DNA of 64,000 nucleotides from Auanema rhodensis. Lineage: Eukaryota > Animalia > Nematoda. The stretch covers positions 19,964,001 to 20,028,000 of the forward strand of contig OZ059900.1 in NCBI GenBank assembly GCA_964057225.1. The letters run 5' to 3'. The position numbers and the translations under genes were made by a program. Of this stretch, positions 12,995 through 26,930 are shown in pieces (the first letter of the stretch is position 1; every line of letters starts with the position of its first letter). The notes under the pieces were generated by a model. The model searched no databases. It worked only from the letters and a program-made list of their open reading frames with translations, and had not been told where the DNA came from.

Positions 12995-15730
12995 TTGAGC
13001 AAGGTTTCATTGACATTGCATGAGTTTGAACACATGAAATCGTAAGTCAAAACCTTGTTTACAGCGAAATTTCCAAAAACTGGTTTTCCAGCATAATAAA
13101 ATATTTCTCATGGGAAATACTGTGTTTTTGTATTTTTCTAGTGTTCAGCATGTAAAATGCTTCATTTTAGTATGTAACACGCTGAAATTCGTTGCATTTG
13201 ACGACTCATATGAACAAAAATCGATTTAATCAATATTAGCCATAAGGGGCGTGCCCTCAGAATATGCTAATTTCCTTAATTTTCTAACCCCTGTTTTTTT
13301 GTCGTGAAAGTGGAACTAGACGTTGTACGAACAATTTTGAGCTAGGTTTCGTTGACATTGCATGAGTTTGAACACATGAAATCGTAAGTCAAAACCTTGT
13401 TTACAGCGAAATTTCCAAAAACTGGTTTTCCAGCATAATAAAATATTTCTCATGGGAAATACTGTGTTTTTGTATTTTTCCAGTGTTCAGCATGTAAAAT
13501 GCTTCATTTTAGTATGTAACACGCTGAAATTCGTTGCATTTGACGACTCATATGAACAAAAATCGATTTAATCAATATTAGCCATAAGGGGCGTGCCCTC
13601 AGAATATGCTAATTTCCCTAATTTTCTAACCCCTGTTTTTTTGTCGTGAAAGTGGAACTAGACGTTGTACGAACAATTTTGAGCTAGGTTTCATTGACAT
13701 TGCATGAGTTTGAACACATGAAATCGTAAGTCAAAACCTTGTTTACAGCGAAATTTCCAAAAACTGGTTTTCCAGCATAATAAAATATTTCTCATGGGAA
13801 ATACTGTGTTTTTGTATTTTTCTAGTGTTCAGCATGTAAAATGCTTCATTTTAGTATGTAACACGCTGAAATTCGTTGCATTTGACGACTCATATGAACA
13901 AAAATCGATTTAATCAATATTAGCCATAAGGGGCGTGCCCTCAGAATATGCTAATTTCCCTAATTTTCTAACCCCTGTTTTTTTGTCGTGAAAGTGGAAC
14001 TAGACGTTGTACGAACAATTTTGAGCTAGGTTTCATTGACATTGCATGAGTTTGAACACATGAAATCGTAAGTCAAAACCTTGTTTACAGCGAAATTTCC
14101 AAAAACTGGTTTTCCAGCATAATAAAATATTTCTCATGGGAAATACTGTGTTTTTGTATTTTTCTAGTGTTCAGCATGTAAAATGCTCCATTTTAGTATG
14201 TAACACGCTGAAATTCGTTGCATTTGACGACTCATATGAACAAAAATCGATTTAATCAATATTAGCCATAAGGGGCGTGCCCTCAGAATATGCTAATTTC
14301 CTTAATTTTCTAACCCCTGTTTTTTTGTCGTGAAAGTGGAACTAGACGTTGTACGAACAATTTTGAGCTAGGTTTCGTTGACATTGCATGAGTTTGAACA
14401 CATGAAATCGTAAGTCAAAACCTTGTTTACAGCGAATTTTCCAAAAACTGGTTTTCCAGCATAATAAAATATTTCTCATGGGAAATACTGTGTTTTTGTA
14501 TTTTTCCAGTGTTCAGCATGTAAAATGCTTCATTTTAGTATGTAACACGCTAAAATTCGTTGCATTTGGCGACTCATATGAACAAAAATCGATTTAATCA
14601 ATATTAGCCATAAGGGGCGTGCCCTCAGAATATGCTAATTTCCCTAATTTTTTAACCCCTGTTTTTTTGTCGTGAAAGTGGAACTAGACGTTGTACGAAC
14701 AATTTTGAGCTAGGTTTCATTGACATTGCATGAGTTTGAACACATGAAATCGTAAGTCAAAACCTTGTTTACAGCGAAATTTCCAAAAACTGGTTTTCCA
14801 GCATAATAAAATATTTCTCATGGGAAATACTGTGTTTTTGTATTTTTCTAGTGTTCAGCATGTAAAATGCTTCATTTTAGTATGTAACACGCTGAAATTC
14901 GTTGCATTTGACGACTCATATGAACAAAAATCGATTTAATCAATATTAGCCATAAGGGGCGTGCCCTCAGAGTATGCTAATTTCCTTAATTTTCTAACCC
15001 CTGTTTTTTTGTCGTGAAAGTGGAACTAGACGTTGTACGAACAATTTTGAGCTAAGTTTCATTGACATTGCATGAGTTTGAACACATGAAATCGTAAGTC
15101 AAAACCTTGTTTACAGCGAAATTTCCAAAAACTGGTTTTCCAGCATAATAAAATATTTCTCATGGGAAATACTGTGTTTTTGTATTTTTCTAGTGTTCAG
15201 CATGTAAAATGCTTCATTTTAGTGTGTAACACGCTGAAATTCGTTGCATTTGACGACTCATATGAACAAAAATCGATTTAATCAATATTAGCCATAAGGG
15301 GCGTGCCCTCAGAATATGCTAATTTCCTTAATTTTCTAACCCCTGTTTTTTTGTCGTGAAAGTGGAACTAGACGTTGTACGAACAATTTTGAGCTAAGTT
15401 TCATTGACATTGCATGAGTTTGAACACATGAAATCGTAAGTCAAAACCTTGTTTACAGCGAAATTTCCAAAAACTGGTTTTCCAGCATAATAAAATATTT
15501 CTCATGGGAAATACTGTGTTTTTGTATTTTTCTAGTGTTCAGCATGTAAAATGCTTCTTTTTAGTATGTAACACGCTGAAATTCGTCCCCTTTGACGACT
15601 CATATGAACAAAAATCGATTTAATCAATATTAGCCATAAGGGGCGTGCCCTCAGAATATGCTAATTTCCTTAATTTTCTAACCCCTGTTTTTTTGTCGTG
15701 AAAGTGGAACTAGACGTTGTACGAACAATT

Positions 15731-16030
15731 TTGAGCTAGGTTTCATTGACATTGCATGAGTTTGAACACATGAAATCGTAAGTCAAAACCTTGTTTACAG
15801 CGAAATTTCCAAAAACTGGTTTTCCAGCATAATAAAATATTTCTCATGGGAAATACTGTGTTTTTGTATTTTTCTAGTGTTCAGCATGTAAAATGCTTCA
15901 TTTTAGTATGTAACACGCTGAAATTCGTTGCATTTGACGACTCATAGCCCTCAGAGTATGCTAATTTCCTTAATTTTCTAACCCCTGTTTTTTTGTCGTG
16001 AAAGTGGAACTGGACGTTGTACGAACAATT
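15731..16030 (+). repeat. Shortened 300-bp monomer (42-bp deletion of monomer positions 217-258)
   Basis: GACTCATA|GCCCTCAGAGTATG at 15946/15947. The next monomer starts 300 bp later. Confidence 0.95.
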
Positions 16031-17740
16031 TTGAGCTAGGTTTCATTGACATTGCATGAGTTTGAACACATGAAATCGTAAGTCAAAACCTTGTTTACAG
16101 CGAAATTTCCAAAAACTGGTTTTCCAGCATAATAAAATATTTCTCATGGGAAATACTGTGTTTTCGTATTTTTCTAGTGTTCAGCTTGTAAAATGCTTCA
16201 TTTTAGTATGTAACACGCTGAAATTCGTTGCATTTGACGACTCATATGAACAAAAATGGATTTAATCAATATTAGCCATAAGGGGCGTGCCCTCAGAATA
16301 TGCTAATTTCCCTAATTTTCTAACCCCTGTTTTTTTGTCGTGAAAGTGGAACTAGACGTTGTAGGAACAATTTTGAGCTAGGTTTCATTGACATTGCATG
16401 AGTTTGAACACATGAAATCGTAAGTCAAAACCTTGTTTACAGCGAAATTTCCAAAAACTGGTTTTCCAGCATAATAAAATATTTCTCATGGGAAATACTG
16501 TGTTTTTGTATTTTTCTAGTGTTCAGCATGTAAAATGCTTCATTTTAGTATGTAACACGCTGAAATTCGTTGCATTTTACGACTCATATGAACAAAAATC
16601 GATTTAATCAATATTAGCCATAAGGGGCTTGCCCTCAGAATATGCTAATTTCCTTAATTTTCTAACCCCTGTTTTTTTGTCGTGAAAGTGGAACTAGACG
16701 TTGTACGAACAATTTTGAGCTAGGTTTCATTGACATTGCATGAGTTTGAACACATGAAATCGTAAGTCAAAACCTTGTTTACAGCGAAATTTCCAAAAAC
16801 TGGTTTTCCAGCATAATAAAATATTTCTCATGGGAAATACTGTGTTTCTGTATTTTTCTAGTGTTCAGCATGTAAAATGCTTCATTTTAGTATGTAACAC
16901 GCTGAAGTTCGTTGCATTTGACGACTCATATGAACAAAAATCGATTTAATCAATATTAGCCATAAGGGGCGTGCCCTCAGAATATGCTATTTTCCTTAAT
17001 TTTCTAACCCCTGTTTTTTTGTCGTGAAAGTGGAACTAGACGTTGTACGAACAATTTTGAGCTAGGTTTCATTGACATTGCATGAGTTTGAACACATGAA
17101 ATCGTAAGTCAAAACCTTGTTTACAGCGAAATTTCCAAAAACTGGTTTTCCAGCATAATAAAATATTTCTCATGGGAAATACTGTGTTTTTGTATTTTTC
17201 TAGTGTTCAGCATGTAAAATGCTTCATTTTAGTATGTAACACGCTGAAATTCGTTGCATTTGACGACTCATATGAACAAAAATCGATTTAATCAATATTA
17301 GCCATAAGGGGCGTGCCCTCAGAATATGCTAATTTCCTTAATTTTCTAACCCCTGTTTTTTTGTCGTGAAAGTGGAACTAGACGTTGTACGAACAATTTT
17401 GAGCTAGGTTTCGTTGACATTGCATGAGTTTGAACACATGAAATCGTAAGTCAAAACCTTGTTTACAGCGAAATTTCCAAAAACTGGTTTTCCAGCATAA
17501 TAAAATATTTCTCATGGGAAATACTGTGTTTTTGTATTTTTCCAGTGTTCAGCATGTAAAATGCTTCATTTTAGTATGTAACACGCTGAAATTCGTTGCA
17601 TTTGGCGACTCATATGAACAAAAATCGATTTAATCAATATTAGCCATAAGGGGCGTGCCCTCAGAATATGCTAATTTCCCTAATTTTCTAACCCCTGTTT
17701 TTTTGTCGTGAAAGTGGAACTAGACGTTGTACGAACAATT

Positions 17741-18040
17741 TTGAGCTAGGTTTCATTGACATTGCATGAGTTTGAACACATGAAATCGTAAGTCAAAACC
17801 TTGTTTACAGCGAAATTTCCAAAAACTGGTTTTCCAGCATAATAAAATATTTCTCATGGGAAATACTGTGTTTTTGTATTTTTCTAGTGTTCAGCATGTA
17901 AAATGCTTCATTTTAGTATGTAACACGCTGAAATTCGTTGCATTTGACGACTCATAGCCCTCAGAGTATGCTAATTTCCTTAATTTTCTAACCCCTGTTT
18001 TTTTGTCGTGAAAGTGGAACTAGACGTTGTACGAACAATT
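17741..18040 (+). repeat. Second 300-bp monomer with the identical 42-bp deletion
   Basis: GACTCATA|GCCCTCAGAGTATG at 17956/17957, with the same linked AGAGT variant. Confidence 0.95.
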
Positions 18041-20434
18041 TTGAGCTAAGTTTCATTGACATTGCATGAGTTTGAACACATGAAATCGTAAGTCAAAACC
18101 TTGTTTACAGCGAAATTTCCAAAAACTGGTTTTCCAGCATAATAAAATATTTCTCATGGGAAATACTGTGTTTTTGTATTTTTCTAGTGTTCAGCATGTA
18201 AAATGCTTCATTTTAGTGTGTAACACGCTGAAATTCGTTGCATTTGACGACTCATATGAACAAAAATCGATTTAATCAATATTAGCCATAAGGGGCGTGC
18301 CCTCAGAATATGCTATTTTCCTTAATTTTCTAACCCCTGTTTTTTTGTCGTGAAAGTGGAACTAGACGTTGTACGAACAATTTTGAGCTAAGTTTCATTG
18401 ACATTGCATGAGTTTGAACACATGAAATCGTAAGTCAAAACCTTGTTTACAGCGAAATTTCCAAAAACTGGTTTTCCAGCATAATAAAATATTTCTCATG
18501 GGAAATACTGTGTTTTTGTATTTTTCTAGTGTTCAGCATGTAAAATGCTTCATTTTAGTATGTAACACGCTGAAATTCGTTGCATTTGACGACTCATATG
18601 AACAAAAATCGATTTAATCAATATTAGCCATAAGGGGCGTGCCCTCAGAATATGCTAATTTCCTTAATTTTCTAACCCCTGTTTTTTTGTCGTGAAAGTG
18701 GAACTAGACGTTGTACGAACAATTTTGAGCTAGGTTTCGTTGACATTGCATGAGTTTGAACACATGAAATCGTAAGTCAAAACCTTGTTTACAGCGAAAT
18801 TTCCAAAAACTGGTTTTCCAGCATAATAAAATATTTCTCATGGGAAATACTGTGTTTTTGTATTTTTCCAGTGTTCAGCATGTAAAATGCTTCATTTTAG
18901 TATGTAACACGCTGAAATTCGTTGCATTTGGCGACTCATATGAACAAAAATCGATTTAATCAATATTAGCCATAAGGGGCGTGCCCTCAGAATATGCTAA
19001 TTTCCCTAATTTTCTAACCCCTGTTTTTTTGTCGTGAAAGTGGAACTAGACGTTGTACGAACAATTTTGAGCTAGGTTTCATTGACATTGCATGAGTTTG
19101 AACACATGAAATCGTAAGTCAAAACCTTGTTTACAGCGAAATTTCCAAAAACTGGTTTTCCAGCATAATAAAATATTTCTCATGGGAAATACTGTGTTTT
19201 TGTATTTTTCTAGTGTTCAGCATGTAAAATGCTTCATTTTAGTGTGTAACACGCTGTAATTCGTTGCATTTGACGACTCATATGAACAAAAATCGATTTA
19301 ATCAATATTAGCCATAAGGGGCGTGCCCTCAGAATATGGTAATTTCCTTAATTTTCTAACCCCTGTTTTTTTGTCGTGAAAGTGGAACTAGACGTTGTAC
19401 AAACAATTTTGAGCTAGGTTTCATTGACATTGCATGAGTTTGAACACATGAAATCGTAAGTCAAAACCTTGTTTACAGCGAAATTTCCAAAAACTGGTTT
19501 TCCAGCATAATAAAATATTTCTCATGGGAAATACTGTGTTTTTGTATTTTTCTAGTGTTCAGCATGTAAAATGTTTCGTTTTAGTATGTAACACGCTGAA
19601 ATTCGTTGCATTTGACGACTCATATGAACAAAAATCGATTTAATCAATATTAGCCATAAGGGGCGTGCCCTCAGAGTATGCTAATTTCCTTAATTTTCTA
19701 ACCCCTGTTTTTTTGTCGTGAAAGTGGAACTAGACGTTGTACGAACAATTTTGAGCTAAGTTTCATTGACATTGCATGAGTTTGAACACATGAAATCGTA
19801 AGTCAAAACCTTGTTTACAGCGAAATTTCCAAAAACTGGTTTTCCAGCATAATAAAATATTTCTCATGGGAAATACTGTGTTTTTGTATTTTTCTAGTGT
19901 TCAGCATGTAAAATGCTTCATTTTAGTGTGTAACACGCTGAAATTCGTTGCATTTGACGACTCATATGAACAAAAATCGATTTAATCAATATTAGCCATA
20001 AGGGGCGTGCCCTCAGAATATGCTATTTTCCTTAATTTTCTAACCCCTGTTTTTTTGTCGTGAAAGTGGAACTAGACGTTGTACGAACAATTTTGAGCTA
20101 AGTTTCATTGACATTGCATGAGTTTGAACACATGAAATCGTAAGTCAAAACCTTGTTTACAGCGAAATTTCCAAAAACTGGTTTTCCAGCATAATAAAAT
20201 ATTTCTCATGGGAAATACTGTGTTTTTGTATTTTTCTAGTGTTCAGCATGTAAAATGCTTCTTTTTAGTATGTAACACGCTGAAATTCGTCCCCTTTGAC
20301 GACTCATATGAACAAAAATCGATTTAATCAATATTAGCCATAAGGGGCGTGCCCTCAGAATATGCTAATTTCCTTAATTTTCTAACCCCTGTTTTTTTGT
20401 CGTGAAAGTGGAACTAGACGTTGTACGAACAATT

Positions 20435-23400
20435 TTGAGCTAGGTTTCATTGACATTGCATGAGTTTGAACACATGAAATCGTAAGTCAAAACCTTGTTT
20501 ACAGCGAAATTTCCAAAAACTGGTTTTCCAGCATAATAAAATATTTCTCATGGGAAATACTGTGTTTTGTATTTTTCTAGTGTTCAGCTTGTAAAATGCT
20601 TCATTTTAGTATGTAACACGCTGAAATTCGTTGCATTTGACGACTCATATGAACAAAAATGGATTTAATCAATATTAGCCATAAGGGGCGTGCCCTCAGA
20701 ATATGCTAATTTCCCTAATTTTCTAACCCCTGTTTTTTTGTCGTGAAAGTGGAACTAGACGTTGTAGGAACAATTTTGAGCTAGGTTTCATTGACATTGC
20801 ATGAGTTTGAACACATGAAATCGTAAGTCAAAACCTTGTTTACAGCGAAATTTCCAAAAACTGGTTTTCCAGCATAATAAAATATTTCTCATGGGAAATA
20901 CTGTGTTTTTGTATTTTTCTAGTGTTCAGCATGTAAAATGCTTCATTTTAGTATGTAACACGCTGAAATTCGTTGCATTTTACGACTCATATGAACAAAA
21001 ATCGATTTAATCAATATTAGCCATAAGGGGCGTGCCCTCAGAATATGCTAATTTCCCTAATTTTCTAACCCCTGTTTTTTTGTCGTGAAAGTGGAACTAG
21101 ACGTTGTACGAACAATTTTGAGCTAGGTTTCATTGACATTGCATGAGTTTGAACACATGAAATCGTAAGTCAAAACCTTGTTTACAGCGAAATTTCCAAA
21201 AACTGGTTTTCCAGCATAATAAAATATTTCTCATGGGAAATACTGTGTTTCTGTATTTTTCTAGTGTTCAGCATGTAAAATGCTTCATTTTAGTATGTAA
21301 CACGCTGAAGTTCGTTGCATTTGACGACTCATATGAACAAAAATCGATTTAATCAATATTAGCCATAAGGGGCGTGCCCTCAGAATATGCTATTTTCCTT
21401 AATTTTCTAACCCCTGTTTTTTTGTCGTGAAAGTGGAACTAGACGTTGTACGAACAATTTTGAGCTAGGTTTCATTGACATTGCATGAGTTTGAACACAT
21501 GAAATCGTAAGTCAAAACCTTGTTTACAGCGAAATTTCCAAAAACTGGTTTTCCAGCATAATAAAATATTTCTCATGGGAAATACTGTGTTTTTGTATTT
21601 TTCTAGTGTTCAGCATGTAAAATGCTTCATTTTAGTATGTAACACGCTGAAATTCGTTGCATTTGACGACTCATATGAACAAAAATCGATTTAATCAATA
21701 TTAGCCATAAGGGGCGTGCCCTCAGAATATGCTAATTTCCTTAATTTTCTAACCCCTGTTTTTTTGTCGTGAAAGTGGAACTAGACGTTGTACGAACAAT
21801 TTTGAGCTAGGTTTCATTGACATTGCATGAGTTTGAACACATGAAATCGTAAGTCAAAACCTTGTTTACAGCGAAATTTCCAAAAACTGGTTTTCCAGCA
21901 TAATAAAATATTTCTCATGGGAAATACTGTGTTTTTGTATTTTTCTAGTGTTCAGCATGTAAAATGCTTCATTTTAGTATGTAACACGCTGAAATTCGTT
22001 GCATTTGACGACTCATATGAACAAAAATCGATTTAATCAATATTAGCCATAAGGGGCGTGCCCTCAGAATATGCTAATTTCCCTAATTTTCTAACCCCTG
22101 TTTTTTTGTCGTGAAAGTGGAACTAGACGTTGTAGGAACAATTTTGAGCTAGGTTTCATTGACATTGCATGAGTTTGAACACATGAAATCGTAAGTCAAA
22201 ACCTTGTTTACAGCGAAATTTCCAAAAACTGGTTTTCCAGCATAATAAAATATTTCTCATGGGAAATACTGTGTTTTTGTATTTTTCTAGTGTTCAGCAT
22301 GTAAAATGCTTCATTTTAGTATGTAACACGCTGAAATTCGTTGCATTTTACGACTCATATGAACAAAAATCGATTTAATCAATATTAGCCATAAGGGGCG
22401 TGCCCTCAGAATATGCTAATTTCCCTAATTTTCTAACCCCTGTTTTTTTGTCGTGAAAGTGGAACTAGACGTTGTACGAACAATTTTGAGCTAGGTTTCA
22501 TTGACATTGCATGAGTTTGAACACATGAAATCGTAAGTCAAAACCTTGTTTACAGCGAAATTTCCAAAAACTGGTTTTCCAGCATAATAAAATATTTCTC
22601 ATGGGAAATACTGTGTTTCTGTATTTTTCTAGTGTTCAGCATGTAAAATGCTTCATTTTAGTATGTAACACGCTGAAGTTCGTTGCATTTGACGACTCAT
22701 ATGAACAAAAATCGATTTAATCAATATTAGCCATAAGGGGCGTGCCCTCAGAATATGCTATTTTCCTTAATTTTCTAACCCCTGTTTTTTTGTCGTGAAA
22801 GTGGAACTAGACGTTGTACGAACAATTTTGAGCTAGGTTTCATTGACATTGCATGAGTTTGAACACATGAAATCGTAAGTCAAAACCTTGTTTACAGCGA
22901 AATTTCCAAAAACTGGTTTTCCAGCATAATAAAATATTTCTCATGGGAAATACTGTGTTTTTGTATTTTTCTAGTGTTCAGCATGTAAAATGCTTCATTT
23001 TAGTATGTAACACGCTGAAATTCGTTGCATTTGACGACTCATATGAACAAAAATCGATTTAATCAATATTAGCCATAAGGGGCGTGCCCTCAGAATATGC
23101 TAATTTCCTTAATTTTCTAACCCCTGTTTTTTTGTCGTGAAAGTGGAACTAGACGTTGTACGAACAATTTTGAGCTAGGTTTCATTGACATTGCATGAGT
23201 TTGAACACATGAAATCGTAAGTCAAAACCTTGTTTACAGCGAAATTTCCAAAAACTGGTTTTCCAGCATAATAAAATATTTCTCATGGGAAATACTGTGT
23301 TTTTGTATTTTTCTAGTGTTCAGCATGTAAAATGCTTCATTTTAGTATGTAACACGCTGAAATTCGTTGCATTTGACGACTCATATGAACAAAAATCGAT

Positions 23401-25562
23401 TTAATCAATATTAGCCATAAGGGGCGTGCCCTCAGAATATGCTAATTTCCCTAATTTTCTAACCCCTGTTTTTTTGTCGTGAAAGTGGAACTAGACGTTG
23501 TACGAACAATTTTGAGCTAGGTTTCATTGACATTGCATGAGTTTGAACACATGAAATCGTAAGTCAAAACCTTGTTTACAGCGAAATTTCCAAAAACTGG
23601 TTTTCCAGCATAATAAAATATTTCTCATGGGAAATACTGTGTTTTTGTATTTTTCTAGTGTTCAGCATGTAAAATGCTTCATTTTAGTATGTAACACGCT
23701 GAAATTCGTTGCATTTGACGACTCATATGAACAAAAATCGATTTAATCAATATTAGCCATAAGGGGCGTGCCCTCAGAATATGCTAATTTCCTTAATTTT
23801 CTAACCCCTGTTTTTTTGTCGTGAAAGTGGAACTAGACGTTGTACGAACAATTTTGAGCTAGGTTTCATTGACATTGCATGAGTTTGAACACATGAAATC
23901 GTAAGTCAAAACCTTGTTTACAGCGAAATTTCCAAAAACTGGTTTTCCAGCATAATAAAATATTTCTCATGGGAAATACTGTGTTTTGTATTTTTCTAGT
24001 GTTCAGCTTGTAAAATGCTTCATTTTAGTATGTAACACGCTGAAATTCGTTGCATTTGACGACTCATATGAACAAAAATGGATTTAATCAATATTAGCCA
24101 TAAGGGGCGTGCCCTCAGAATATGCTAATTTCCCTAATTTTCTAACCCCTGTTTTTTTGTCGTGAAAGTGGAACTAGACAATGTAGGAACAATTTTGAGC
24201 TAGGTTTCATTGACATTGCATGAGTTTGAACACATGAAATCGTAAGTCAAAACCTTGTTTACAGCGAAATTTCCAAAAACTGGTTTTCCAGCATAATAAA
24301 ATATTTCTCATGGGAAATACTGTGTTTTTGTATTTTTCTAGTGTTCAGCATGTAAAATGCTTCATTTTAGTATGTAACACGCTGAAATTCGTTGCATTTT
24401 ACGACTCATATGAACAAAAATCGATTTAATCAATATTAGCCATAAGGGGCGTGCCCTCAGAATATGCTAATTTCCCTAATTTTCTAACCCCTGTTTTTTT
24501 GTCGTGAAAGTGGAACTAGACGTTGTACGAACAATTTTGAGCTAGGTTTCATTGACATTGCATGAGTTTGAACACATGAAATCGTAAGTCAAAACCTTGT
24601 TTACAGCGAAATTTCCAAAAACTGGTTTTCCAGCATAATAAAATATTTCTCATGGGAAATACTGTGTTTCTGTATTTTTCTAGTGTTCAGCATGTAAAAT
24701 GCTTCATTTTAGTATGTAACACGCTGAAGTTCGTTGCATTTGACGACTCATATGAACAAAAATCGATTTAATCAATATTAGCCATAAGGGGCGTGCCCTC
24801 AGAATATGCTATTTTCCTTAATTTTCTAACCCCTGTTTTTTTGTCGTGAAAGTGGAACTAGACGTTGTACGAACAATTTTGAGCTAGGTTTCATTGACAT
24901 TGCATGAGTTTGAACACATGAAATCGTAAGTCAAAACCTTGTTTACAGCGAAATTTCCAAAAACTGGTTTTCCAGCATAATAAAATATTTCTCATGGGAA
25001 ATACTGTGTTTTTGTATTTTTCTAGTGTTCAGCATGTAAAATGCTTCATTTTAGTATGTAACACGCTGAAATTCGTTGCATTTGACGACTCATATGAACA
25101 AAAATCGATTTAATCAATATTAGCCATAAGGGGCGTGCCCTCAGAATATGCTAATTTCCTTAATTTTCTAACCCCTGTTTTTTTGTCGTGAAAGTGGAAC
25201 TAGACGTTGTACGAACAATTTTGAGCTAGGTTTCATTGACATTGCATGAGTTTGAACACATGAAATCGTAAGTCAAAACCTTGTTTACAGCGAAATTTCC
25301 AAAAACTGGTTTTCCAGCATAATAAAATATTTCTCATGGGAAATACTGTGTTTTTGTATTTTTCTAGTGTTCAGCATGTAAAATGCTTCATTTTAGTATG
25401 TAACACGCTGAAATTCGTTGCATTTGACGACTCATATGAACAAAAATCGATTTAATCAATATTAGCCATAAGGGGCGTGCCCTCAGAATATGCTAATTTC
25501 CCTAATTTTCTAACCCCTGTTTTTTTGTCGTGAAAGTGGAACTAGACGTTGTACGAACAATT
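20435..25562 (+). repeat. Variable-length HOR zone (4-mer then 6-mer spacing)
   Basis: TTTTAC variant at 20981, 22349, 24400 and TTCTG variant at 21251, 22619, 24670 (offsets 1368 and 2051). Confidence 0.85.
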
Positions 25563-26930
25563 TTGAGCTAGGTTTCATTGACATTGCATGAGTTTGAACA
25601 CATGAAATCGTAAGTCAAAACCTTGTTTACAGCGAAATTTCCAAAAACTGGTTTTCCAGCATAATAAAATATTTCTCATGGGAAATACTGTGTTTTTGTA
25701 TTTTTCTAGTGTTCAGCATGTAAAATGCTTCATTTTAGTATGTAACACGCTGAAATTCGTTGCATTTGACGACTCATATGAACAAAAATCGATTTAATCA
25801 ATATTAGCCATAAGGGGCGTGCCCTCAGAATATGCTAATTTCCTTAATTTTCTAACCCCTGTTTTTTTGTCGTGAAAGTGGAACTAGACGTTGTACGAAC
25901 AATTTTGAGCTAGGTTTCATTGACATTGCATGAGTTTGAACACATGAAATCGTAAGTCAAAACCTTGTTTACAGCGAAATTTCCAAAAACTGGTTTTCCA
26001 GCATAATAAAATATTTCTCATGGGAAATACTGTGTTTTTGTATTTTTCTAGTGTTCAGCATGTAAAATGCTTCATTTTAGTATGTAACACGCTGAAATTC
26101 GTTGCATTTGACGACTCATATGAACAAAAATCGATTTAATCAATATTAGCCATAAGGGGCGTGCCCTCAGAATATGCTAATTTCCTTAATTTTCTAACCC
26201 CTGTTTTTTTGTCGTGAAAGTGGAACTAGACGTTGTACGAACAATTTTGAGCTAGGTTTCATTGACATTGCATGAGTTTGAACACATGAAATCGTAAGTC
26301 AAAACCTTGTTTACAGCGAAATTTCCAAAAACTGGTTTTCCAGCATAATAAAATATTTCTCATGGGAAATACTGTGTTTTTGTATTTTTCTAGTGTTCAG
26401 CATGTAAAATGCTTCATTTTAGTATGTAACACGCTGAAATTCGTTGCATTTGACGACTCATATGAACAAAAATCGATTTAATCAATATTAGCCATAAGGG
26501 GCGTGCCCTCAGAATATGCTAATTTCCTTAATTTTCTAACCCCTGTTTTTTTGTCGTGAAAGTGGAACTAGACGTTGTACGAACAATTTTGAGCTAGGTT
26601 TCATTGACATTGCATGAGTTTGAACACATGAAATCGTAAGTCAAAACCTTGTTTACAGCGAAATTTCCAAAAACTGGTTTTCCAGCATAATAAAATATTT
26701 CTCATGGGAAATACTGTGTTTTTGTATTTTTCTAGTGTTCAGCATGTAAAATGCTTCATTTTAGTATGTAACACGCTGAAATTCGTTGCATTTGACGACT
26801 CATATGAACAAAAATCGATTTAATCAATATTAGCCATAAGGGGCGTGCCCTCAGAATATGCTAATTTCCTTAATTTTCTAACCCCTGTTTTTTTGTCGTG
26901 AAAGTGGAACTAGACGTTGTACGAACAATT

